Assembly (NCBI GenBank): GCA_963693365.1
Contig: CAVNZM010000001.1
Location: 666,774 to 730,773 of the forward strand
DNA: 64,000 nt
Reading direction: 5' to 3'
Source of the DNA: Amoebidium appalachense
Lineage: Eukaryota; Protista; Ichthyosporea
The position numbers were made by a program, and so were the translations under genes. Under the pieces are notes generated by a model that made no database searches, was not told where the DNA came from, and saw only the letters and a list, made by a program, of their open reading frames with translations. This document shows positions 52,492-63,185 of this stretch, in pieces; position 1 is the stretch's first letter; the number at the start of each line of letters is the position of its first letter.

Positions 52492-53138
52492 TGCCGTGGT
52501 TTACAACCATTGCAGGTTCACTTTCGTCCAAGGGGATGTCCCCCTAGAGGCAACACACGTCCCGGAGTAGTTTTCATAGAGGTTTTATTTGTGGAAATTA
52601 TTGACATAAATATTTTTCTGGGTAAACGCGTAGGATGGGTGTCCGATATCAACAGGCTTCGTTTAATGTTTTAGCAGTTCGCGTTCGGCTGCCCGCATAC
52701 GGGCACCTATTAGCCAGTCAAAACATCAGATTCCACAGATCACTAGACCGAGGTTTGGTTGGCTCAGGATAAGATTTCACATAACACTAGATCGGTTTTG
52801 ATTGGCTCAGTTCGGTAGCCTTAGGTATATAAGCACGACAGTTTCTAGCAGATCAGCAAGCAACAACACATCTTCTGTGTTTAGCACCTACAGCTTTACA
52901 GCTATATTTTCTTTTTCACCCACCCACCTACACCCTACACTCAACCCCCATTGATCCCCACATACGTGCTGTTTTTTCACGGGGCGAAGACTTCCCCCGT
53001 TTTTTGGGCACAAGGACCTCACGAATCAATAAATTGATGACTGGGGGCCTGCCGTGGTTTACAACCATTGCAGGTTCACTTTCGTCCAAGGGGATGTCCC
53101 CCTAGAGGCAACACACGTCCCGGAGTAGTTTTCATAGA
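52492..53138 (+). repeat. Ngaro 3' split direct repeats: B1 (52492-52580), A2 (52581-52915), spacer, B2 (53050-53138)
   Basis: The 89-bp B occurs twice around an A copy, the A1...B1-A2-B2 layout of Ngaro elements. Confidence 0.9.
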
Positions 53139-53140
53139 TC

Positions 53141-53676
53141 GGAATGATATTGTTATGCTATAGTATTGGATACATCTGGATTTGCAGAAAAGGATATTGG
53201 AATGAAATCTTACTATTATGTCACAACATCTCAGAATGATAACGTTGTGGATACTGTCCTAATATCGGAAAGGGGTATAAAAATAATCAAGATATCCGAA
53301 AGGGCCTATTTAGATATTGTGGAGGTATATGAGGATAGTATATCTCTGTGATATCCAAAAAAGTTCTTTCATATCCATTTGGTATCCATTTTTCATCCGG
53401 AAAAAACAGATATATTCAGTTTTTCAGAACATTTTATGATAACTATCTAATATCATTTAGATAAATGTTGACTATCTCAAAAGATATGTAATTGGATGCC
53501 GGATGCCATACGCCCATCTGCAATATCTACATCCCCATCCCGGAGGGGTATCGGGATGGAAAACGTTGGATGGGCGCCTAATATTAGAACGATATTAGAC
53601 TAATATCTGTTTTGGAATTTCGGTATCTACGATATCATAAATGTTTTTTGGATGGGGGTCGTCCTTTGCTGATGTG
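53141..53676. mobile_element. Probable CMC-type transposon end (CACATCAGCAAA on the - strand) with a GATA/TATC-rich subterminus
   Basis: Terminus resembles the CACACAAATCAGCAAA end at 19733 and abuts Copia-C LTR sequence. Confidence 0.45.
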
Positions 53677-54118
53677 ATTGGACAATAGATATATATGGAA
53701 TTCGGTTTATTGCAAAGTGTCTTCACTTTGAGAGTGTCGACTATTAGGAAATATATGTATTTAAATAAGTTTCTTTATAGAGACGAACATAAATATATAT
53801 ATGTGAGTTAATAGTGACTAGATGTATAATTACTTAATTTATTCTAAACTTTAGTTTAATCAGAAGTTGGAATGCGTATGCTCTGTCGGAATGTGTTTTT
53901 CTATCTTCTGATAGAACCGATTGGTTCTCCCTCTTTAGTTGTGATAAGATGATAAGTCGCAAGTACAAAAGGAACCGAGAGCACAATAAAGAATCAGTTG
54001 TTGTTTGAATCTTTCAATGTCTCGTGAACAACTCCGATTGCCCGCTCATTAATGTGTTAGTCGTGTTTTACATGACACCTCTGTGCACTCTGCTCCCTTA
54101 GACCCGTACAAAACAACA
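53673..54118 (+). mobile_element. Copia-C LTR, 3' half
   Basis: Reverse complement of 19888-20345. Confidence 0.92.
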
Positions 54119-54819
54119 GGGGGGGGGGGGGGGGGGAAGGGGGGGAGGGGCAAAAACAACGAATATGTATAACGTTTGTAGTCGGGGTATGACTAACTGG
54201 GTTTGAAACCAGTGAAAGATAGAGTAGAATCGCGGTACAGGTCAAACAATATATAAAAACCCTAAGTGGGCATACCCACAAAGGCAATATACATATGAAA
54301 TAATGATGGTGGTAAATTAAGTAGTAATCAGCCCAGCCGGGAGGCAGTGTTGATGCATCTGCTGTCCAGGGCCCCAGCCGTAGTAGAAAACCACACGTGA
54401 AGTAAGACGGGTCAATCGAAAATATCCGGCACACAAAGTCGGGCACGATGGGTGACGTGACTCGGGCCAGGGAGGGGTTTGGTGAGGATGTCGGCCAAGT
54501 TGTGAGCTGACTCGACATAGTGGACAACAACATCCCCACTGGCAATGTAGTCTTTAGCTCAGCTTCGGTGGTGCTGGTGGCCGTGATGGGCTGGAGCTTG
54601 GAGTACCAGATGATGGGCATACCAGCAAACTCGATGATGTAACCGGTGGTAGACTTCTTGCTGTCAGCACAACCAGCAAAGTCAGCATCCGTGTAGCACT
54701 CGAGGATGGGGGGCGTGGTGGCCGAGTACTTGTAGTCAATGCCAAGGTCAATGGTACCGAGGAGGTACCGGGCCACACGACGGAGAAGGTCCCAGTGAGT
54801 CTTGCTGTCATCTTCACTT

Positions 54820-56584
54820 GATCTATGAAAACTACTCCGGGACGTGTGTTGCCTCTAGGGGGACGTCCCCTTGGACGAAAGTGAACCTGCAATGGTTGTA
54901 AACCACGGCAAGCCCCCAGTCATCAATTTATTGATCCGAGAGGTCCTTGTGCCCAAAAAACGGGGGAAGTCTTCGCCCCGTGAAAAAACAGCACGTACCT
55001 AGCCCCTAAGTTCTATCTGTGGGTGTGGGTGTGCGCGTAGACTAGGCAATGTGCTTGCAGTCTTTGCGGGGGTGTGTGCCAGAGCAGAGCGGGCACACGT
55101 GGGAGAAGGGGCAGGGCTGGTTAGCGCAGGACCGACCGTTGATGTGGCAATTCCTGCAGTGTGTCGCGGGTAGATCCACGGGTCGGGCCGGTGGTGCCGG
55201 GCCGGGTTGCGGGCCGGGTCGGTTGGGGGTTTGTCCCCCGCCGGGCTTGTGGGGCGGCGGGAAACCATCAAGACCACAGCCGGGCTTGGGGTACATGGGG
55301 CAGGCTGCGCTGGGGTGGTCGGGGAAGCCGCAGCGCTGACATGCGTCCGGGATGAGCAGAGTGGGTGGCAGGAGGAGATCCTGGTGGAGTTGGGCGAGCA
55401 GGTTGGGACACTCGATCGGAGCACGACCCTGTTGGTGGGCAACGGTTCGGGCGTATACGTCATAGTTGTGGATCTGGGCCCACGGGTATCGGGTGCTGAG
55501 GCGAGTGATGTGCTGAGTCCAAAGTACGTCTCTGTCCGTGGGGAGGCCGAGGTGGTGCTTGGCGGCCATGTAATGGGTCCAAGCTTGGATCCAAATGACG
55601 AGTGAACGCAGGGGAACGGGTTTGTCTTGGCGAAAAGTCTCGATGCTGCCGTCGTCGGCCATGCGCAGATGCTGACCTTTCTTGGATGGGGCCAGGAGGG
55701 CGGCGGGGGTGAACTTATACAGGTCGACGAAACGATTGGCGCGCAAATCTGCCAGCACATCCGCGGGGGGAAGCGGGAGTGTGCCCGGTTGAATGTCGCC
55801 AGTGTTCTCACCTGTAATGGGGGGCGCGGGCAGGGCAGGTAGGTCCAGGTCAGGGCCGAGATGCAGCCCCAGGGAAACCTCCCCGGGTGCGGAGGGCGCG
55901 GCTGGGGGCGCGGGAGGGTCGCGGTTGGTGAGAGCGGCCAGGACGCCAGCCATCTGGGTGCTGATGGCGGTGAGGGCGGCAAGGACGGCGTCTTGAGAAG
56001 TCATCGGCGGGGACGGTGGGGCCTGAGGAGGGACTTCAGGAGTAGAGGGGAGAGTAGCCGGAGGGTCCGTGGTGGTATGGGCCGCTGGAGGCGCGTCAGT
56101 GCCCGCGGGAGCGTTGGTCAGCCTGTGGCGGAGGTCGCTGCGGGTCAGGCGCTTAGGTGCCGCGGCAGGGGCGGCGGCTGAGGCCTGGCGCTTTTTTGGC
56201 GGCATGCTGACCGGCGTAGGGAAAGATAGGGAGAAGGAAAAGAAAATATAGCTGTAAAGCTGTAGGTGCCAAACACAGAAGATGTGTCTGTTGCTTGCTG
56301 ATCTGCTAAAAACTGTCGTGCTTATATACCTAAGGCTCCCGATCTGAGCCAATCAAAATCGATCTAGTGTTATGTTGAAATCTGATCTTGAGCCAATCAA
56401 ACTCGGTCTAGTGATCTGTGGAATCTGATGTTTTGATCGGCTAATAGGTGCCCGTATGCGGGCAGCCGAACGCGAGCTGCTAAAACACGAAACGAAGCCT
56501 ACATGGTTATGTTGATATCGGACACCCATCCTACGTGTTTACCCAGAAAAATATTTATGTCAATAAAACTCCACAAATAAAACC
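54820..56584 (-). mobile_element. Internally deleted Ngaro element: A1-gag-spacer-B2
   Basis: A1 56584-56238, B2 54910-54822; deletion junction ~54997. Confidence 0.9.
55042..56205 (-). CDS. gag: Ngaro ORF1/Gag-like protein (387 aa)
   Basis: WIQAWTHY..LSTRYPWAQIHNYD motif, CQRCGFPDHPSAAC knuckle and C-terminal C..CPFSHVCPLCSGTH..C finger, directly downstream of the A repeat. Confidence 0.85.
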   Translation of the reverse strand: MPPKKRQASAAAPAAAPKRLTRSDLRHRLTNAPAGTDAPPAAHTTTDPPATLPSTPEVPPQAPPSPPMTSQDAVLAALTAISTQMAGVLAALTNRDPPAPPAAPSAPGEVSLGLHLGPDLDLPALPAPPITGENTGDIQPGTLPLPPADVLADLRANRFVDLYKFTPAALLAPSKKGQHLRMADDGSIETFRQDKPVPLRSLVIWIQAWTHYMAAKHHLGLPTDRDVLWTQHITRLSTRYPWAQIHNYDVYARTVAHQQGRAPIECPNLLAQLHQDLLLPPTLLIPDACQRCGFPDHPSAACPMYPKPGCGLDGFPPPHKPGGGQTPNRPGPQPGPAPPARPVDLPATHCRNCHINGRSCANQPCPFSHVCPLCSGTHPRKDCKHIA

Positions 56585-59001
56585 TTCACGGCAAGACTTA
56601 GAAGTTGAGTTTTGTATTTGTTTATTAGTTTGTTGTAGTTTGTTTCCTTTTCCTTCCTTCCTTTCTTTCTTTCTTTTCTTTCTGTTTCCGTGTACACCGA
56701 TATCTTAGATCTGTGTACGTATCGACATACTTAGCTCGCGCACACGTATTGTCGTTTGTGTCAAAATCTATATATGTCATCCAATCAAATCTCGTTTATA
56801 TTTTCCCAAATATAGTAACTTACATTCCTTTCTCATTCCTTTCTCACGGCGTAGCATTGTGCTATGTTCTCCAACCATTAGGAATAATTATGTTTTGACG
56901 TGTTATGATAAGAACATGTATAAATGTATGTTATGAATTAATAGTTACATAAGTGGTTTCATTTTGTTAAATGTTTCCGTGCTTTTATTAGAAGTTTCTT
57001 TCATTAGAGGATTGAGTTTCATATTCTATGGGGGGTCTATTTTGATCGATATATTTTACACTCATAGTTTTCGTCTTTCTGATTGGAAAATAGAGTTTTC
57101 GTTCTTTTGATTGGTTTATCGTTTTCACATTCCCAAGTATAAAAGGGACTTCATCTTGGAATAAATCTTAAGCAGTCGTATTCACTTCCTATGGTTCCAG
57201 CAGTCGTTCCACCTCTGCGGTTGTGTTTCTCCCGTGTGTCTCTGTGTTGTGTATAACATAACACCCATCTGTGCTCTCTGCTTCTCCGTTTACCCACACA
57301 AAACAACACTTGCCGGGGTTGGTGTTGAACCGACCAAGGAAGCCGATGGCATAGGCAATGTCGGGACGTGTGCACCGTGCCACCCAGAGAACGGCCGAGT
57401 AACTCACGGTAGGGCACGGTGAACGGTTGGGGGGGGCAGTCAGCCAGGGAGACGGTGGTGCCTGCAGGGATGGGGGTACACATGGACTTGGCATCGGTGA
57501 GGTTGAAGTCGTGGATTATATCCATGATGTGAGACCTCTGGTGCATGTGGAGATGATGGGGATCGGAGTGATTAAAATCAACACCGAGCATACGGTCAAA
57601 TGGACTCATACGACAGCTGGCCATCTTGCTGATGTGGGCAGCCAGGTCACTGGCAGCAGTAGAACCCCGGGTGTTGGTGATGGTGGAGTCGTCGACGTAG
57701 TTACCAGCCCGGACCATATCGTTGTTGGGGAAGAACCGGAGGTAGATGCACGGGTCAGTCTTAGTACGGGTAAGGCCATGGGCAAGAAGAATGCCGTCGA
57801 GGAAGTCGTACCAAGCCTTGGAGGCTTCTTTGAGGCCATACAGGGCTTTCTTGAGTCTCCAGACCTTGCCAAGGGTGGCCATGGTGATGAAACCCGGGGG
57901 GCTGTTTCATGTAGATGGTCTCGGTGAGTGGGCTGTTGAGAAAGGCCGTAGACACATCGAGTTGATGGATGTCATGACCTTCAACAACGGCCAGGGCTAG
58001 GATAGCACGGAGAGTGTTGTAATACGTAGTATTTATATATGGTAAGATCTTCTCAGTTTGTGTTATGTTTCAGTTCATATGCTTAGTGTATATGCCACAC
58101 TCCTATTATGTAAAGTGTAGCATCGATCTCCGATATGCTTGTATACTTGTAATCGTGTTGTATCGGCTTTAATCGTGTGTTGTAATATTGATTAGAATAT
58201 TTATATGTGTGTACACGGATCCACCCACTCAGGGAGAGACGTGTACATGTTCGTGTGTACATAAATATCTCTGGTTATAGTTATGCTATTACTATCTTAT
58301 TTGTAGATCTGTGCTCTCTTTTCCTTCCTCTTTCTCCTTCCTTATTTTCTTTTCTTTCTCTCCTTGTCTTCATGTGTATGATCGTATTTCTTTTCTACTA
58401 ATATATGTTAGGTAGATTTGTGTTACTTAATACATGTTCATTGGACGGTAACACACTTAGGCTACACTTAGAATAGCATGTGTGTTTAGACTTCATTAAT
58501 TTACTTTAGTTTTCATGTGTTGCCGGGCTTTAACCAATCATCAAGGTTAAGTGTGATATGTCTGAGTCTTTGCAGTATGTCATAGGTTAGAACTTCCTTG
58601 ATGATGACACGAGTTGATCTTAACTAGTGTATGTGTCCTATCGTGTACGTCTACGCGTACCGGATCTCTCTGAAAGCAATTGGTTCTTAGTGATTGGTTT
58701 CTATTAGAGATAGATCTGATTTTCGACTGGTCGGAAATCATGTATGGATTGGACTTAGAGGAATTTCAGGTATTTATTCGAAGATCAGAATAAATTCAGT
58801 TTAGTCGTGTCTAAACATTGATGTCTGTTGTGTACACTGCTCCGATCGTTCCGTGTTTTGTTGTTGTGTGTGTCTGTGGTGTTTTCACACTGCACCACTG
58901 TGTCTCTGCTTCCGTCCCAAATACTTATATAATCTTACAGGTTATGCAGCCCTTTTGCACGCTCCCTACACACATCTAGAACTAGCGATCGTTTTTCAAT
59001 C

Positions 59002-60615
59002 ATGGATCCAAACAAAACTGGTGTAAACAAAATAACCATGTGGAAAGGTGAAGGGAAAACTGGTCCCGATAGCAAAACCACCTATTTTCAGTGGGAAATC
59101 ATTTTTCTCGGCATGATGACCGGCACTAAAGGTGTCCGACTCGTGGATGTTGTGCTTGCTGGCAACTACGTCCCCCCTACCACCGTCGCGGTTGACGGTG
59201 AACCCCCCTTCTACGGCTACGGCACTACCGCGGCACTCAAGGAGGCCCGCAACTGCCTCCTGCTCCATATGATTCAGAACATCGACCCTTCCGTGCTCAC
59301 CACCGTTGCCCAGTACCGTATTGGCATGGACCCTGAACGGGCCATGTGGAAATTCCGTCAACACTACCTCCAAGGCAAACCCGATCAGATCCGCATCCTT
59401 CACCGTCAGTGGGATGCCTGTGCCCTTCAGCCCGGTGAATCATTCACCACCTACCTGAGTCGTCTGCAAACCATCGTGAACCAGCTCCAGTCCCTCCAAG
59501 ATGAGTCCATTCACTTCACTCGTCTAGCTGAGAAGTTCTTCAATGAACTCACCACCAGAGACGACCTCACCCCTGAGTTCAACCGTCTTATCGAAGACTA
59601 TCACTTCGGTGATAAGCTATTCCCCGACTTCGAGTCCCTCCACAACCACGTCAAGGGCATCGAGCTACGTCAAGACCTCAAGATGCAACTCCGGAGCAAC
59701 CGTGCCCACCGTGCCTCCAAGTCCAGCATGGCATTAAATGCCAGTGCTCCCCCCCGTGATCTTCCTCGCCGTGACTTACGCAACCGACTTGACCGTACCC
59801 CTGGCACGGACAAGTCAGCCCTCACTGCTGAGTATCAAGCCTTCGTCGACAAAGACATCTTTGAACTTGTTGACCCTCCCCCTGGTGCTAACATCGTCGG
59901 CTTCAAGTGGATTGTCTCCGAGAAAACTCTCAACTCGGCTGGTGACACCAAGATCAAGGCCCGTGGTGTTGCTCAAGGCTTTAGTCAGCAATACGGTGTT
60001 GACTATGAGTTGATTGAGAGCCCTGTCATCCGTCCGGCTACTCTCCGTGCTATCCTAGCTCTGGCCGTTGTTGAAGGTCATGACATCCATCAACTCGACG
60101 TGTCTACGGCCTTTCTCAACAGCCCACTCTCCGAGACCATCTACATGAAACAACCCCCGGGATTCATCACCATGGCCACACTTGGCAAGATCTGGAGACT
60201 CAAGAAAGCCCTGTATGGCCTCAAGCAAGCCTCCAAGGCTTGGTACGACTTCCTCGACGGCATTCTTCTTGCCCATGGCCTGACCCGTACTAAGACAGAC
60301 CCGTGCATCTACCTCCGGTTCTTCCCCAACAACGATGTGGTTCGGGCTGGTAACTACGTCGACGACTCCACCATCACCAACACCCGGGGTTCTACTGCTG
60401 CCAGTGACCTGGCTGCCCACATCAGCAAGATGGCCAGCTGTTGTATGAGTCCATTTGACCGTATGCTCGGTGTTGATTTTAATCACTCTGATCCCCATCA
60501 CGTCCATAGCCGGAGATTGGCCGAGGAGGCCTTGGTGGGGCACTGGCCATGGAGTAGGCTGAGGTGGGAGGGCAGGAGGGGTTCCCTGGTGGATGAGCGG
60601 GGTCGGATGTTGTGA
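59002..60615 (+). pseudogene. In-frame Gag::RT fusion (knuckle, PR and IN deleted), terminated inside an inverted YR insert
   Basis: RTPGTD|KSALTAEY junction at 59811; YVDD present; Copia similarity stops at 60501. Confidence 0.9.
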
Positions 60616-60741
60616 GAAAGCTGCCATCTGCCCACCCCCCGTAGGAACCAGGCCAGAGACTTGTCGTGGGGGTAGGGAGCAGGGAGGCCCATGTCGAGGT
60701 GGAGCCTGGTGATGGCCGAATTGTAGCCGGTTAAGGAAGAG

Positions 60742-61794
60742 GCCCATGGCCTGACCCGTACTAAGACAGACCCGTGCATCTACCTCCGGTTCTTCCCCAA
60801 CAACGATGTGGTTCGGGCTGGTAACTACGTCGACGACTCCACCATCACCAACACCCGGGGTTCTACTGCTGCCAGTGACCTGGCTGCCCACATCAGCAAG
60901 ATGGCCAGCTGTCGTATGAGTCCATTTGACCGTATGCTCGGTGTTGATTTTAATCACTCTGATCCCCATCACCTCCACATGCACCAGAGGGCTTACATCA
61001 TGGATATCATCCACGACTTCAACCTCACCGATGCCAAGTCCAAGTCTACCCCCATCCCTGCAGGCACCACCGTCTCCCTGGCTGACTGCCCCCCCCAACC
61101 GTTCACCGTGCCCTACCGTGAGTTACTCGGCCGTCTCCTCTGGGTGGCACGGTGCACACGTCCCGACATCGCCTATGCCATCGGCTTCCTTGGTCGGTTC
61201 AGCACCAACCCCGGCAAGACTCACTGGGACCTTCTCCGTCGTGTGGCCCGGTACCTGCTCGGCACCATTGACCTTGGCATTGACTACAAGTACTCGGCCA
61301 CCCAGCCTCCCATACTCGAATGCTACACGGATGCTGACTTTGCTGGTTGTGCCGACAGCAAGAAGTCTACCACCGGCTACATCATCGAGTTTGCTGGTAT
61401 GCCCATCATCTGGTACTCCAAGCTCCAGCCCATCACGGCCACCAGCACCACTGAAGCTGAGCTGATTGCTCTCAATGCTGGCACCCAAGAAGTTCAAGTT
61501 GCTTGGGTCCGTGACCTCTTCAAGGAACTCGGCTGCCCCATGCGTGCCCCGACTCCGGTGTACTGTGACAACCAGTCGACCATTGCCATCGTCAACTCCA
61601 CCGGCATCAAGCACCGTACCAAACACATTGCCGTCCGGTATCACAACACCAAGGACTACATTGCAAGTGGGGATGTGGTTGTCCACTACGTTGAGTCAGC
61701 CCACAACTTAGCCGACATCCTCACCAAACCCCTACCCGGGCCGAGTCATGTCACTCATCGTGCCCGACTTTGTTTGCCGGATATTGTGGATTGA
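60742..61794 (+). pseudogene. pol: Copia-A RT C-terminus and RNase H
   Basis: GNYVDD, YRELLG, TRPDIAYA, YTDADFAG, STTEAE, CDNQS, TKHI, LADILTK. Confidence 0.93.
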
Positions 61795-62082
61795 CCCATC
61801 CTACTTCAAGAGTGATTTTCTAATGTTTACTACTTACTTTATCATATTCATTATATCATATGTATATTGCCTTTGTGGGTATGCCCACTTAGGGTTTCTA
61901 TATAAGGTTTGACCTGTACCATGACTCTACTCTATCTTTCACTGGTTTAAAACCCAGTTAATCAAACACCGACTATAAACGTTATACATATTCGTTGCTT
62001 TTGCCCCGGTTCCTTCCCCTCCCCCCCACCCCCCCCCCATTCCCCCCCCCCCTTCCCCCCCCCCCCCCCCCCCCCCCCCCTT

Positions 62083-62131
<49 letters not shown>

Positions 62132-63162
62132 GAATAGTTCACACTTTAATTTTTTTTTCGTTTCTGTTCTCAAGTGGGGAGATTTCACTAGTTCAGTGGG
62201 GATATGATAACACAAACTTCAAAGTCTTAAGTGGGGATGTTGTAATACGTAGTATTTACATATGGTAAGATCTTCTCAGTTTGTGTTATGTTTCAGTTCA
62301 TATGCTTAGTGTAAATGCCACACTTCTATTATGTAAAGTGTAGCATCGATCTCCGATATGCTTGTATACTTGTAATCGTGTTGTATCGGCTTTAATCGTG
62401 TGTTGTAATATCGATTAGAATATTTATATGTGTGTACACGGATCCACCCACTCAGGGAGAGACGTGTACATGTTCGTGTGTACATAAATATCTCTGGTTA
62501 TAGTTATGCTATTACTATCTTGTTTGTTGATCTGTGCTCTCTTTTCCTTCCTCTTTCTCCTTCCTTATTTTCTCTTCTTTCTCTCCTTGTCTTCATGTGT
62601 ATAATCATATTTCTTTTCTACTAATATATGTTAGGTAGATTTGTGTTACTTAATACGTGTTCATTGGACGGTAACACACTTAGGCTACACTTAGAATAGC
62701 ATGTGTGTTTAGACTTCATTAATTTACTTTAGTTTTCATGTGTTGCCGGGCTTTAACCAATCATCATGGTTAAGTGTGATATGTCTGAGTCTTTGCAGTA
62801 TGTCATAGGTTAGAACTTCCTTGATGATGACACGAGTTGATCTTAACTAGTGTCTGTGTCCTATCGTGTACGTCTCCGCGTACCGGATCTCTCTGAAAGC
62901 AATTGGTTCTTAGTGATTGGTTTCTATTAGAGATAGATCTGATTTCGGACTGGTCGGAAATCATGTATGGATTGGACTTAGAGGAATTTCAGGTATTTAT
63001 TCGAAGATCAGAATAAATTCAGTTCAGTCGTGTCTAAACATTGATGTCTGTTGTGTACACTGCTCCGATCGTTTCGTGCTTTGTCGTTGTGTGTGTCTGT
63101 GGTGTTTTCACACTGCACCACTGTGTCTCTGCTTTCATCCCAAATAATTATATAATTTAACA

Positions 63163-63185
63163 GGTTATGGGCCCAGCACGCTTCC
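63163..63185 (-). other. 23-nt reverse-complement copy of initiator tRNA-Met (nt ~17-39); not a tRNA gene
   Basis: GGTTATGGGCCCAGCACGCTTCC is the complement of GGAAGCGTGCTGGGCCCATAACC, the D-arm/anticodon arm of animal-type tRNAiMet as I recall it. Confidence 0.88.

Larger units (their letters stand above)
54806..57308 (+). mobile_element. Solo LTR Copia-B (54806-54819 + 56585-57308), TSD CTTGC, split by an Ngaro insertion
   Basis: TGTCATCTTCACTT start, ACAAAACAACA end; CTTGC at 54801-54805 and 57309-57313. Confidence 0.92.
58015..63162 (+). mobile_element. Two-LTR Copia-A element with an internal deletion (LTRs 58015-58939 and 62238-63162)
   Basis: LTR-PBS-gag...RT-RH-3'UTR-polyC-PPT-LTR; no 5-bp TSD. 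Confidence 0.93.

Noticed and set aside
63163-63185. tRNA gene
   Set aside because: Only 23 nt; no acceptor stem or T-arm.
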